64,000 nt of DNA, from assembly GCA_965208325.1 (NCBI GenBank), contig OZ242326.1, positions 800,001-864,000 of the forward strand. The letters run 5' to 3'. This stretch comes from Candidatus Poribacteria bacterium. GTDB lineage: Bacteria > Poribacteria > WGA-4E > PCPOR2b. The translations under genes and the position numbers were made by a program. The notes under the pieces are model-generated. The model saw nothing but the letters and a program-made list of their open reading frames with translations. It was not told where the DNA came from and ran no database searches. Positions 39,010 through 49,781 of this stretch are shown piece after piece; position 1 is the stretch's first letter, and every line of letters begins with the position of its first letter.

Positions 39010-39675
39010 TTATGGTTTCGCAGCTTTGAAATATAGGCAGTGCGCCGTAAAAGCGCATTCATGGCATGCAGGATTTCGGGCATGGCAAATTCCACGCCCA
39101 AATGTAATTAAGTTCATGTGAAACGGCAACGACTTTCCCTCCGGCACGATTTGCGCCATGACTTCGTGAGCTTTTTCAGCCGTACAATTTGAAGGTACTA
39201 AACCTAGTCGCCGACTAATCCGCAAAACGTGTGTATCGACAGGAAAAACCTCATGTCCGCATGCGAACGTGAGTGTGACTGAAGCAGTTTTAATGCCGAT
39301 TCCCTTGTGCTGACACAAGTATTGGATTGCGTCCGCCGTTTCCATTTCGCATATAAATTCCAAATCCAGTTCCCCGTGATTGGCTTTAAGCCATGTTAGG
39401 AAATTTTTGATTGTCCGGCTTTTCTGTACATGCAGACCCGCGATTCTAATTGCCTCTCCTATCTCCTCGACATCCGCTTTCTGCACCTCTTCCCAGGTAG
39501 AAAATCGCTCCTGAAGCGCCGTGAAACCCTTATCTCGATTTACATCGTTTGTGTTTTGAGACAGAACTGTGCGGATTAAGCAATCCAAGACATTCTCATC
39601 CGCTTCACGTTCAGGAATGCCGTAAAGTTTTTCTAAAGCATTAGAAATTCTCCGAGTTTTATTTTTCAGGTTCAA
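39010..39675 (-). CDS. nth: Endonuclease III-family DNA glycosylase
   Basis: VLSQNTND, HhH GIGIKTA, FPVDTHV.R and an Fe-S motif CHARNPACHEC....C. Confidence 0.9.
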   Translation of the reverse strand: MNLKNKTRRISNALEKLYGIPEREADENVLDCLIRTVLSQNTNDVNRDKGFTALQERFSTWEEVQKADVEEIGEAIRIAGLHVQKSRTIKNFLTWLKANHGELDLEFICEMETADAIQYLCQHKGIGIKTASVTLTFACGHEVFPVDTHVLRISRRLGLVPSNCTAEKAHEVMAQIVPEGKSLPFHMNLITFGRGICHARNPACHECAFTAHCLYFKAAKP

Positions 39676-39739
39676 ACGATACCTCCAAAAAGCACCGTAG
39701 TTTTATTCATTTAAGCGTGTTATCCTGACAACAATTTCA

Positions 39740-40885
39740 TTAAAATACGCGATAGTTAAGCGTCATCAGATAGTTCTGTTCGAGCTTGGACTTCTCATAC
39801 TTTTCCAGTTCTATACTCGTTGTCAAATTGATTTGGTTTTCGACAAAGAAGACAAATAGCAGTTTCAATGAATTGCTAATCTGTGTGTCATCATCTTTTG
39901 AGCGTTTTTCTACATTTAACAGATGGCGCATGACGAAATCTATACGATTGGTCACTTCGTAGGAGAAATCGCTCGCTGAAATGATATTGTACGTTTTGAG
40001 AAAATTTCCTCCAACTTGGCTGTTGGCGGTAAATCGCTCGTTAAATTGGGCACGCCAATTTATCGGCAAAGAATACCTTGCGGTAATATCCGCCGCAGGA
40101 GCGACGCGTTTTTCTGAGGATTCCGACGTCAGCAATTCGAGCTTTGCGCCCAAAGTGATATCCCAACCATAAAATCGATCAGAAATATTTTCTCTAAATA
40201 ACACCTCGTCCATTCTCAAAATTCCCACAGCGTCGATTTCCTCACCTTTCAACATGTTAGAATGTTTGATTATTCCTGCCATGTCGTCGTACCAATACCG
40301 CTTAAACGCCTCTCGATAGCGCGTTCTATACTCATCCCGCTTTTCAATAATTTGGCCCAAACTCACCATGGTCTCAGCGGGAAGATCGTCGTGCAGTTGG
40401 TCAGAAAACAATAGGAAATCTTCAATTCGTACAGCCTTCGCTAAGGCTGTGGCATTAATAAAGCGACCGAACCCAAAGCCAATCGTGACATCCAAAGTCG
40501 GCCGATCATATCCTTTTAGGTATGCACTATGCGGATTAACCGATGCGAAGAAATTTCGATGCGGCCAAACATATCGCCTTAACCGCCAATCCATGTCTGC
40601 ATTGTAGTCGTTCGCTCGTCTCTCCCTTGACGCCGACCAAATCAGGTCAAATGAATATCCGTAGGTCAACGATTCGTAAAAGGTGTTGTAGACCGTTCCA
40701 ATTCTACCGTGATTACTAGTTGTCTCCTTTCCGTCGCTCGCATAATTGTAGTTAAAATCAATAAGGAAGCTATGTGCCGAACTTACGGGAACTTTATAGT
40801 CTTTGATTAATAAATTTTGTGAAAAAGCCTCGGTTCCTGTGATTACATAAGTTACAAAAATAAGAGTCGTCGAAATGTGTTTCAT
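39740..40885 (-). CDS. Putative outer-membrane beta-barrel protein, paralog A
   Basis: Signal peptide, amphipathic strands and C-terminal LNYRVF. It shares long motifs with 41815-42990. Confidence 0.7.
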   Translation of the reverse strand: MKHISTTLIFVTYVITGTEAFSQNLLIKDYKVPVSSAHSFLIDFNYNYASDGKETTSNHGRIGTVYNTFYESLTYGYSFDLIWSASRERRANDYNADMDWRLRRYVWPHRNFFASVNPHSAYLKGYDRPTLDVTIGFGFGRFINATALAKAVRIEDFLLFSDQLHDDLPAETMVSLGQIIEKRDEYRTRYREAFKRYWYDDMAGIIKHSNMLKGEEIDAVGILRMDEVLFRENISDRFYGWDITLGAKLELLTSESSEKRVAPAADITARYSLPINWRAQFNERFTANSQVGGNFLKTYNIISASDFSYEVTNRIDFVMRHLLNVEKRSKDDDTQISNSLKLLFVFFVENQINLTTSIELEKYEKSKLEQNYLMTLNYRVF

Positions 40886-40995
40886 ATCAGATTATCCAAG
40901 TAGATAAAGCAGGGGAATAATGCAATTCCTGAAGCAAATAGTATTGGTTTGCGCTCCTAGGTTTTCGTTGTCTCCACAACTCAATCTTCACAGTC

Positions 40996-41814
40996 CTACC
41001 GCGCATCGGTAAGGACCTCGTATTTCACCAGTGTAATGATATTTTCTCCTTTTGAGTCCTCTTGCTTAATTATTCGATACGGATGTTCCTTTTCTACCCA
41101 AAACAGGTATTTGGTTTTAATGACTTTCCCTTTGAGACCGGATACGCCTGACTCTATGAAGTAACAGTCGAAAATACCTAACGGTGTCGTGACTTTTTGT
41201 TCGGCTTTAATTTTCGCATATACTCCTACCACGTGGTCGGTTGTGACAAGTATGAATTTCACCTTCTCCTTATTGAATGGATATCCGCGAATCACTTCTA
41301 GAATCGTATTGACATCATAACTATCCTCTCGAATCTCCTTCACTACATTTCGCTTTGGGCCGGGGTAGATGAAACGGACGCGCTGCTCGGCGCGGTGTTT
41401 ATAGTATTCGATGGAGTATTTTTGCTGTCCGGCATCGTCGCGCTGTTCAATCAAGATTGGCCGCAGGTCATTTGCCCTGACAACCATATTCTGGGAATCC
41501 GTCGAAATAACATATACAAACTGACCGTCGAAATTTTCGCGTGAAATTTTATGGATTGAGAAATGGATTTTGCCCTTTTGGTTTACCTCATAAGTTGACT
41601 TCTCTACGGTAGGGAAATGGGGGTCACGGAATGGTGGCAGTTTAACGTCACACAACCCAGTCGAACTGAAAACGGTAGGCAATAATATTAACCCACTGAA
41701 CACTATGTGAGAAAAGGGAAGCGTATAATGAGCAATGAAAACTCTCGAATTAGCAAATCCAAAACATCTTCCCATGTGCATCTTTGCCCATTGTCCGATT
41801 CGCGTTTCAGCCAA
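40996..41814 (-). CDS. Exported protein, DUF3108-like (start uncertain)
   Basis: DSYDVNTIL...RGYP, EQKVTTPLGIFDCY and LFWVEKEHPYRIIK fit the DUF3108/LolA-like pattern. Confidence 0.6.
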   Translation of the reverse strand: MAETRIGQWAKMHMGRCFGFANSRVFIAHYTLPFSHIVFSGLILLPTVFSSTGLCDVKLPPFRDPHFPTVEKSTYEVNQKGKIHFSIHKISRENFDGQFVYVISTDSQNMVVRANDLRPILIEQRDDAGQQKYSIEYYKHRAEQRVRFIYPGPKRNVVKEIREDSYDVNTILEVIRGYPFNKEKVKFILVTTDHVVGVYAKIKAEQKVTTPLGIFDCYFIESGVSGLKGKVIKTKYLFWVEKEHPYRIIKQEDSKGENIITLVKYEVLTDAR

Positions 41815-42990
41815 CTAGAAAACGCGGTAGTTGAGTGCAATGGTAAAATTGGTAGTGATGCTTTCCTCTGGCGCCTTTTCGATCTGTTGCGTTGCCACCA
41901 AGTTTACGTGGTTCTCAATGTAATAAAGGAACGAAAGTCCGAATGAATGGCTAGCCACTGTGTCCGCTGCTTCGGGTTTTTCTAGGCGAATCAGATGTCG
42001 AAGGCGAAGGTCAACACGGTTGGACAGTTCGTACGAAATATCGCTCGACAGCGAAGACGAGAAGGCTTTCCCCAGCCCATCAAATGGTGTGTTGATGGAA
42101 ATGCGCTCGCTGACCTGCCACCGCCACGTTATAGGGCGGGCATAGCTCGCGCTCACATCAAGATTGACGGGTGGACGATTTTCGTCGGCAAACGGTCTCG
42201 AGATATCGAATTTGGAACCGAGTGTTAAGTCCCATCCGTAAAACCGATCGGCGACGTGCTCACGTTCAAGGACTTCCTCAATGCGAAGAATTCCAACTGC
42301 GCCGAGTGCATCTTCCTTGAGAAGCCCGGACGCACGCATGATCGCTTCCATGTCATCATACCACTCTTTTTCGTAGGTCTCTCCAAATCTGTCTTCATAT
42401 TCTCTTTCACGATTGATAATTTTGCTAATTTCAAGGATTGCTGTTTTCGGCAGATGGTCTCTGAGTTCTCCCTCTCTAATGAGAAATGCCTCAATTCGAA
42501 CGGCTTTTGCGAGAGCGGTTGCTTCAATTAATCGCCCATATCCTACACCAACAGTGACCGCAGAAGCGGGCTGACCGTACACCCTGCGCAAGTTCGAATT
42601 GACACGCACGGAACCAAATAAATCTTTGAGGGACTCATGATTCTGCATAAGATACTTCTTGACACGCGCATCTGCGTCCGCATGATAATCTGTTTTATAC
42701 ACCTGTTTTTCTATGTTTCTATCAACTAACCCTGAGCCAATAATGTCAATGGAATATCCGAACGGCAAGGAATCATAAAACCTATTGTAAACACTGCCAA
42801 TGCTCCCCGTGCTGGTAGTAATAGTCGAGCCCGTTGCGGCGTGGTTCACGGAGAAATCAATAAAGAGGCGATCTGCTGTGCTAACCGGCACTTGATAGTC
42901 GGAAATAGACACCCTCTGCGCGGAAACGCCGCTAACGGCAAGGGTAGAGATTGTGATAATCATAATGCGCCAACTCAATCCAACGACCAT
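41815..42990 (-). CDS. Putative outer-membrane beta-barrel protein, paralog B
   Basis: AGGGAGAGG RBS before the ATG at 42990, signal ...VSGVSA-Q and C-terminal LNYRVF. Confidence 0.7.
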   Translation of the reverse strand: MVVGLSWRIMIITISTLAVSGVSAQRVSISDYQVPVSTADRLFIDFSVNHAATGSTITTSTGSIGSVYNRFYDSLPFGYSIDIIGSGLVDRNIEKQVYKTDYHADADARVKKYLMQNHESLKDLFGSVRVNSNLRRVYGQPASAVTVGVGYGRLIEATALAKAVRIEAFLIREGELRDHLPKTAILEISKIINREREYEDRFGETYEKEWYDDMEAIMRASGLLKEDALGAVGILRIEEVLEREHVADRFYGWDLTLGSKFDISRPFADENRPPVNLDVSASYARPITWRWQVSERISINTPFDGLGKAFSSSLSSDISYELSNRVDLRLRHLIRLEKPEAADTVASHSFGLSFLYYIENHVNLVATQQIEKAPEESITTNFTIALNYRVF

Positions 42991-43197
42991 ACCTCTCCCT
43001 TGGAAATAACAACGGTTAGTTGCTAAGGCGGTTTTCAGTTCACTGCAAGTGTTACTACTACTGCGGTAGAACATCCACGATTAATGCGATTGCGCTTGAA
43101 AGTCCGATTCGCCGGATTGCCCGGCATGTATTGAAATGTGACTTCTTAAAATTGCAAGATGGGTTGGATTTTGTTATTCACCTTTCTTGTGCAAGCA

Positions 43198-44613
43198 TTA
43201 GGGAAAAATTCCTAATTCTAGATAAGAGCGGGCAATTTTGTTGATTGCACTGATGAAAGAAGCTATTCTGAGATCTACATCTTTTCCGTGTTGTTTATGG
43301 ATTTCCCTGATTTCGTGGTAGGCATCAATCATAGTGTCCTCAAGGCCAGAGTTAACGAGGTCGAGTTCGCCCGCACCGCGCGACAATCGGCTGACTTCTT
43401 TTTCTGGAAACGCCTTTCCTGTTATTTTTTCGATTGCGTTCAGCATGTTTTGGTTCGAACTCTCTTCAAAACGTTTCTCCAACCGTCCAAACCGCACATG
43501 CGATAGATTCTTAAGCCATTCGAAATAGGAAACCGTTACCCCACCGGCATTCAGAAACGAATCGGGGATAATCATTGCGCCTTTCTCTTTGAGTATGTCG
43601 TGTGCGGCAGGGGTAGTCGGGCCGTTTGCCGCTTCACCGATAATCTTAGCCTGAATGCGCGGTGCGTTCTCATGAGTAATCTGGTTTTCCAATGCGGCGG
43701 GAATAAGGATGTCACATGGCAACTCAAGCGCTCTTGAGGACGGCTCGATATTGGTGGCGCCGGGATAATCAAGGATTGATCCGTTTTCACGTCTATGTTC
43801 CATAACGCTTTCGAGATCCAATCCCTTTGGATTGTAGGTTGCCCCCTCGTACTCCGCCAACCCGCAAATGACCGCACCGCTTTCTTGCATGAACTTCGCC
43901 ACGTGGTATCCTACATTTCCAAGCCCCTGTACGACGACCGATTTTCCTTCTAGTCCCGACGATAGACCGAGCGGTTTCATATCTTTCGCTAGGCCGCAAG
44001 CCTCCCGGATGCCGAAGTAAACGCCCCGGCCGGTCGCTTCTTTCCTTCCACGGATTCCGCCTTGTGATATAGGTTTACCAGTGACACATGCCATTACCTC
44101 TAACTTCTCTGAAGCTAACGCGTTGTACGTCCCGAACATCCACGCCATTTCTCGGGCACCTGTTCCGTAGTCCGGTGCCGGCACGTCTACGCCTGGACCG
44201 ATGAAATTCTTCATCACCATTTCATAGGTAAATCGCCGTGTGATTCGTTCTAGCTCTTCGGTAGAATATTTCCATTTTGCAATTTTGATCCCGCCTTTGG
44301 CACCCCCGAACGGTACATCAACGATGGCGCATTTGTATGTCATTAGTGCCGCGAGCGCCATTACCTCATCTTCATTGACCAACATACTGTAGCGAATGCC
44401 ACCCTTGGTCGGCAGTTTGTGGTGGCTGTGTTCCGCCCTCCATGCGTGAATCGTCTCGATAGTACCGTCGTCTTTTTCGAGAGGAAATGTTATGTGGTAA
44501 ACGCTGTTACAAATTTTAATCTGCTCTAACAGGCCGGGGTGATGGGGAGTTAGCCTAGCGGCTCTGTCGAAGTTCAGATTGACCTGTTCAAAAAAAGGCG
44601 TAGTCTCTGTCAT
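43198..44613 (-). CDS. gdhA: Glutamate dehydrogenase (Glu/Leu/Phe/Val family)
   Basis: [35 protein letters not shown] and [12 protein letters not shown] motifs. Confidence 0.95.
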   Translation of the reverse strand: MTETTPFFEQVNLNFDRAARLTPHHPGLLEQIKICNSVYHITFPLEKDDGTIETIHAWRAEHSHHKLPTKGGIRYSMLVNEDEVMALAALMTYKCAIVDVPFGGAKGGIKIAKWKYSTEELERITRRFTYEMVMKNFIGPGVDVPAPDYGTGAREMAWMFGTYNALASEKLEVMACVTGKPISQGGIRGRKEATGRGVYFGIREACGLAKDMKPLGLSSGLEGKSVVVQGLGNVGYHVAKFMQESGAVICGLAEYEGATYNPKGLDLESVMEHRRENGSILDYPGATNIEPSSRALELPCDILIPAALENQITHENAPRIQAKIIGEAANGPTTPAAHDILKEKGAMIIPDSFLNAGGVTVSYFEWLKNLSHVRFGRLEKRFEESSNQNMLNAIEKITGKAFPEKEVSRLSRGAGELDLVNSGLEDTMIDAYHEIREIHKQHGKDVDLRIASFISAINKIARSYLELGIFP

Positions 44614-45391
44614 AGCGCATGCTCCTGTAAAAATAAATGGCCCGTGTAATTGCGGGGCGTATGATGCTCCTTGCTTGTTACAAATCCGCCGTATTGCTCA
44701 ACGATATCCTAAATGGGTTGGATTTTATCATAACACAAACAGAAAACAAAAACAACGGTTCGATAGTCCCTTAATAAAAGAATACAAGGTTGCTTCCTAG
44801 AATCCACGAGGCGAGCAGTAATACCCTCATTCGCTGGCCAGCGATGAACAGGGTGGAAGGCGGATTCCGGCGCCAATATGGTCAGGTTGGATCGGCGAAA
44901 ATCAATGGTAATTCACATCGTGCGGAATTAGATGAATGAACCGTTGCCGGAAATACAACTTCTATACGGGAATGTGGCTAGGAGGAAGGCATAAACACAG
45001 GGGATGATTGGTGATTTAGGGCATGGATGATAATTGAGGTAGGCATGTCCCCTGGCAAACTCTCGCGGTTGGAAAAGTAGAATTAGAGGGCTAAATAGAG
45101 AGAGGTAGTTTTTTTGAATACGCACTTGTATTCTGATAAAGAGATAATAACGCCGGCGCGCGGCGTTAATGCCCGCGGTTCATGATGACGGGGTTATCGG
45201 AACCGTGATTTCTTACTACACCCGAGTCTAGACGATTCGGTAATCACAACAATACGGATACCGAATCGTCAAGGTTCGCGTTGGTTATTACGCACGGGTG
45301 GTACATTTGAATTCCATAGAGAATTGCATACACCTCAATAGTTTCTAAACTATCCCTAATCCCCAAGTGCGATTTTTACGCGGTGTTTCAC

Positions 45392-47005
45392 TCAATCTAA
45401 ACGCCTCATTTCTCCGGATTTGTAGCGGCCCCAATAGTCCTGCACTTTCACCAAAACTCTTGGCGCGAGAATTATACTGCCTACTATATTTGGGAAAGCC
45501 ATGCTGAGGATTAGCAAATCAGAAAAATCAAGTACATCAGTCAATGTGTTGACCGCTCCGAGAATAATAAAACCGACAAAAATGATCCTGAAAACGATAA
45601 CCGATTTCAAACCAACCCCGCCGAAGTGATCCAACAGATAAACCCAACCGCGTTCGCCATAGTAACACCAAGCAATCATCGTGGAGTACGCGAAAAGCCC
45701 AATGCTTATGGTGAGGATATAAGGAAACCATCCAATTGCACTACCGAATGCTGCTGTCGTTAGCGCAACACCAGCATTTTGCGGGATGCTCGGATTAATC
45801 CACGCCCCTGTGATTATCACTACCAATGCGGTCATTGTGCATACTATGATAGTATCAATGAAAGGACCAATCATGCCGATGATTCCCTCCCGGACAGGTT
45901 CATCGGTCTTCGCCGCGGCATGGGCGATAGCTGCGCTGCCAAGCCCAGCTTCGTTGGAAAACGAAGCGCGTCTAATGCCCCATACAAACACGCCAACTAT
46001 ACCGCCGTAAAACGCATTGTCCGCGAACGCCATAGTAAAAATCAAACCGATAGTCTCAGGCACCTTGGTAATGTTCGTAAGAATGATGAAGAGCGAAGCG
46101 ACTACGTAAATGCCGCACATCGCCGGAACGATTTTGGATGTTGCCGCGCCAATCCGCTTAATCCCACCAATAATGACAATCCCGACCAGTACCGCCATGA
46201 TGATACCAATGAGCCAGTTGAAGCTCTCCGAAATCCCGAACGTACTCCGAAACGCTTCGGCAGTTTGGTTGGCTTGGAACATGTTGCCGCCGCCGATGGC
46301 GCCGCACATGATCATCAGCGCGTACATTACGCCAAGGACTTTCCCTATCGGCTTCCAGGACCCACCCATCTGTTTCAATCCCAGGTCAACATAATACATC
46401 GCACCACCCGAAATTGAACCATCGGCGTTTACCCGGCGGTGCATCTGCGATAGAACGCAGGTGCAGAATTTTTCGGACATCCCAAATACCGCGGCGAACA
46501 TCATCCAGAACACCGCACCTGGGCCGCCCAATTGAATCGCGATTGCGACGCCTGCGATGTTGCCGAGCCCAACTGTCGCAGAAAGCGCGCTTGTCAAGGC
46601 GCGGAAATGGGAAATCTCGCCGGTGTCTTCCGGCTTGTCATACTTCCCGCGAATGACATCAATCGAGTGTTTTAGCCCTCGAATGTTGATCCAGCGATAC
46701 CAAAACGTGAAAAAGATACCTCCTAAAATGAGAAGCATCACGAGAAATGGAACTGGAATAACGCGCTTCACCGGATTGCCCATCTCGTCGTAAATCGGCA
46801 TACCCTCCCGATCCACTTGGTTTTGCTGGACTGCGCCAAAGGCGATATCAAAGAACAGGACGGCTGAAACGGCTTTATTTACCGTAGCGAGGATTGTCGG
46901 TGTTTCCTCCGCTTCCGCCCACGCGGACGTAACAAGTGGAATTGTCAGCAATACCAGAATTACAGCTAACATCTTACTGTAAAGCAATAAGGTTTCTCCT
47001 TTCAT
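45392..47005 (-). CDS. Alanine/glycine:cation symporter (AGCS family)
   Basis: ALSATVGLGNIAGVAIAIQLGGPGAVFWM, FSNEAGLGSAAIAH and FIDTIIVCT motifs. Confidence 0.95.
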   Translation of the reverse strand: MKGETLLLYSKMLAVILVLLTIPLVTSAWAEAEETPTILATVNKAVSAVLFFDIAFGAVQQNQVDREGMPIYDEMGNPVKRVIPVPFLVMLLILGGIFFTFWYRWINIRGLKHSIDVIRGKYDKPEDTGEISHFRALTSALSATVGLGNIAGVAIAIQLGGPGAVFWMMFAAVFGMSEKFCTCVLSQMHRRVNADGSISGGAMYYVDLGLKQMGGSWKPIGKVLGVMYALMIMCGAIGGGNMFQANQTAEAFRSTFGISESFNWLIGIIMAVLVGIVIIGGIKRIGAATSKIVPAMCGIYVVASLFIILTNITKVPETIGLIFTMAFADNAFYGGIVGVFVWGIRRASFSNEAGLGSAAIAHAAAKTDEPVREGIIGMIGPFIDTIIVCTMTALVVIITGAWINPSIPQNAGVALTTAAFGSAIGWFPYILTISIGLFAYSTMIAWCYYGERGWVYLLDHFGGVGLKSVIVFRIIFVGFIILGAVNTLTDVLDFSDLLILSMAFPNIVGSIILAPRVLVKVQDYWGRYKSGEMRRLD

Positions 47006-47023
47006 TTTTGTTTATGCAGAACA

Positions 47024-47827
47024 TTACTCTTCTACAGCAACGACCTGGCGAAAATCAAACTCAAAATCAACTTTTGACCGACTCCCTTCCCCATTCATTA
47101 TTATGACATTGGGAATGATAACGCTCACATCCGTTGCCTCAAGTTCGAGCCGATCAAACACCAATAGCCCACTGCGTTTGGCGCCCCGAAAAAGTTTCCC
47201 GCCTTTGAAGATTGTGTCTCGAGCAACACTACGGGCGTCGTTTAAATCATATGGGTCTGGATAGGTGTGGTATACTCGGTAAGGTGGATGATAACGGTAG
47301 CGATGAAGATGCCCGTAGAAATAGTGGCGGTAAGGGCTGCGGTAAAGCGATTGAGGGTAAGGATAGGAATACCGATATCCAATATCGTGATAAACTACCG
47401 TCCGAGGGCTTGGCGTATCGTAGACATCACTAAAGAAGCTGTACGGCAACGAAGCGTACTGATCCCCATGCGCATCAATCAAAAATCCGGTTTCGTCAAT
47501 AACTACCCGCCTATTATCGACGTTACGTACGCGGACGCCAAAGACTGTATATAAAGGTACTAAGTTTCGCCCATCCTCAACTACGTAAGGGTTGATGCTA
47601 GGGTGTTCTATTAGCTCGGCTAGCTTGGCTGAATCGAGTGGTTCAAGCGTTATACGGACACCCTTCTGTTCGACCGTTATTGAACCCGCCTGGGGATTGA
47701 TTTGAGCGTTCTCGCCCTCAACGACAGGCTCCATGTAGACATCGATATGCTGTTTGAGACCACAGCCCGACAGATAGCTCGTGGCCGCCACCAAGAAAAG
47801 TAAACCCCAAAACTTTCGGTACGTCAT
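47024..47827 (-). CDS. Lipoprotein of unknown function with a Tyr/His/Pro/Arg-rich insert
   Basis: AAGGAG RBS before the ATG at 47827 and an LSGC lipobox. Confidence 0.75.
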   Translation of the reverse strand: MTYRKFWGLLFLVAATSYLSGCGLKQHIDVYMEPVVEGENAQINPQAGSITVEQKGVRITLEPLDSAKLAELIEHPSINPYVVEDGRNLVPLYTVFGVRVRNVDNRRVVIDETGFLIDAHGDQYASLPYSFFSDVYDTPSPRTVVYHDIGYRYSYPYPQSLYRSPYRHYFYGHLHRYRYHPPYRVYHTYPDPYDLNDARSVARDTIFKGGKLFRGAKRSGLLVFDRLELEATDVSVIIPNVIIMNGEGSRSKVDFEFDFRQVVAVEE

Positions 47828-48127
47828 TTTTCGCTCCTTCGTTAAGAAATTGAGTGATTTGCTGCTTCTACCGACACTGAGCAATTTAGATGCCATCAGT
47901 CACTCAATCAATGACTAGGGCTAAACGGGGGGTTATAATATGGCACATTAAACTTACTGTGGCAAGCACGATACAATACTGTAGCAAAAAAGAAACTAGA
48001 AATTTAGTTTGGATTACGATTCAATTAACGCCGAATGTATAACGATTTAGGCGTATGTCCTTTTCACGAATTCACTTAGTTTAACATAGCACAGGAAAAA
48101 TTGCAATTGCTTTTCATTTTCTTTCAT

Positions 48128-48700
48128 TCACGCGTACTGCCGCCATAAAATTCGCCCTACTATCAGTCCAACAACGGCAATAATTGCGGTGAATGTGCGT
48201 TTTTCACTCTTTAACGCGCGGGAGATGGAAAAATCGTGCTTGGAAGGATTGGCATAACGGCGAATTTTAGGAAGGAATCGAGGCACTGCCGCAAAATAGG
48301 ATTCATATACTGAACCACAGAACTTGCGCAGGTAAGCCTCTTCAGAAGCGATAATCGGGAGATACTGAGCAGCGTAGCCCATGAAGAGCAAGATTATCAT
48401 CCAGTAGACATTAGCGATTAAACAGATACCGAAACTTATGAGCAGATTTCCCAAGTAAAGTGGATTTCGGACATAAGCGTAAGGGCCTGTTGTAATGAGG
48501 TTGCGTGCTACGCCTAAATCTTGTGCGCGGGTGGTGCCGCCCGCATAACCGGCGGTCCACAAACGAAGACACTCACCAATACACAAAAAGGAGATTCCAA
48601 TCAGTACAGAAATCGGCGTAGGTCGGGAAAAATAGGCTAGGAGCAGAATAAAAGGAATGGGAGTCAGACTCCGTAAGCGAAAGAGAAATCTGCCAATCAT
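48128..48700 (-). CDS. ICMT/PEMT-family membrane methyltransferase
   Basis: GECLRLW, LITTGPYAYVRNPLYLGN and EEAYL...Y..Y...VPRF motifs. Confidence 0.88.
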   Translation of the reverse strand: MIGRFLFRLRSLTPIPFILLLAYFSRPTPISVLIGISFLCIGECLRLWTAGYAGGTTRAQDLGVARNLITTGPYAYVRNPLYLGNLLISFGICLIANVYWMIILLFMGYAAQYLPIIASEEAYLRKFCGSVYESYFAAVPRFLPKIRRYANPSKHDFSISRALKSEKRTFTAIIAVVGLIVGRILWRQYA

Positions 48701-48719
48701 ATTGGGTTGCCCATTACGC

Positions 48720-49781
48720 TCACTTGGGAGTTTTCCAAATCAGCACTGCTCCAATGATTGCATAAATTGCGTTTGCGCCCCAACACGCTACGATTGGTGA
48801 AAGTTTGCCGTTTTCGCCAAGTCCCTCAAGTGTTGCAAACGAAACACCCCAATACAAAAAACTGAGAAAAAAGGCTATCACTAAACCGGCGAAAAATCCG
48901 GCTTTGCCAAATCGGATAGAAATTGGCGCACCGATTAAAACAACGACGAACGCTGCCAACGGATAGGCCAATTTGTGCTGTATCTTCACCTGCTCACGCC
49001 GAATAGTTTGGCCCGCGCGCCTTTTATACCGAACCTGCTCCTGCAACTCCGCAAACGTCATCGCGCGAATATCTTTGTCGTTCCCAGCGAACCGCTCCGG
49101 GTTTTCAGAGCGATTAATCTGCTTGGTATCGAACGGCTCAAAAGAAATTTCAACGTCTTTCTCAATGCGGCGTATAAAACCGTCAACGAGATGCCATTGG
49201 GTATGTGACCATGTTACCGAATGGGCAAAAATCTCCTGCTCAAGATTTCCAATCGAATCAAACTCATAAATTGTCATTTTATTGATGTTTTGGTGTTGAA
49301 GATCCAAGTTTTGGATGTAGAACAGCCGATTGTGTTGCCCTTTAAACACCACATTTCGACTACGGCGCAACGGAATTTTCTTTTTCAATTGATTCGCCCG
49401 GTGGTAAGCAGGTGCGGCAACCTGATCGTAGAACAGTGAAAAAAGGATGCAAATGAGGAGAGTAGAAGCGAGAATTGGGGCGATTATACGATACACACTG
49501 ATGTTCGCCATCTTCATTGCTGTGAGTTCGTTGTTTCTAGCCATGCGCCCTAAAACGAAGAATGTCGCGAGAAAACTGGCGAGCGGGACAACCTCCATGA
49601 TTCTGCGCGGAGCCTGAAATAAAACAATCTGGATTGCCGTGGTGTAAGGTACATCTTCATCAAATCGTTTGATGTCTTTATCAAGCAAGCGAACAACAAC
49701 CACGAGCGTAATGAAAAATGCAAGCGCCAACACAAAAGTTCTTATATATTCAGCAAAAATGTACCGATCTAGGATTCTCAA
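48720..49781 (-). CDS. lptG: LPS export ABC transporter permease LptG
   Basis: MRILDRYI, NNELTAM, periplasmic jellyroll and C-terminal TMs; overlaps the lptF stop. Confidence 0.88.
   Translation of the reverse strand: MRILDRYIFAEYIRTFVLALAFFITLVVVVRLLDKDIKRFDEDVPYTTAIQIVLFQAPRRIMEVVPLASFLATFFVLGRMARNNELTAMKMANISVYRIIAPILASTLLICILFSLFYDQVAAPAYHRANQLKKKIPLRRSRNVVFKGQHNRLFYIQNLDLQHQNINKMTIYEFDSIGNLEQEIFAHSVTWSHTQWHLVDGFIRRIEKDVEISFEPFDTKQINRSENPERFAGNDKDIRAMTFAELQEQVRYKRRAGQTIRREQVKIQHKLAYPLAAFVVVLIGAPISIRFGKAGFFAGLVIAFFLSFLYWGVSFATLEGLGENGKLSPIVACWGANAIYAIIGAVLIWKTPK

Noticed and set aside
45181..45207. Hammerhead ribozyme (ATGATGA)
   Set aside because: The CUGAUGA core and a correctly placed GAAA are absent.
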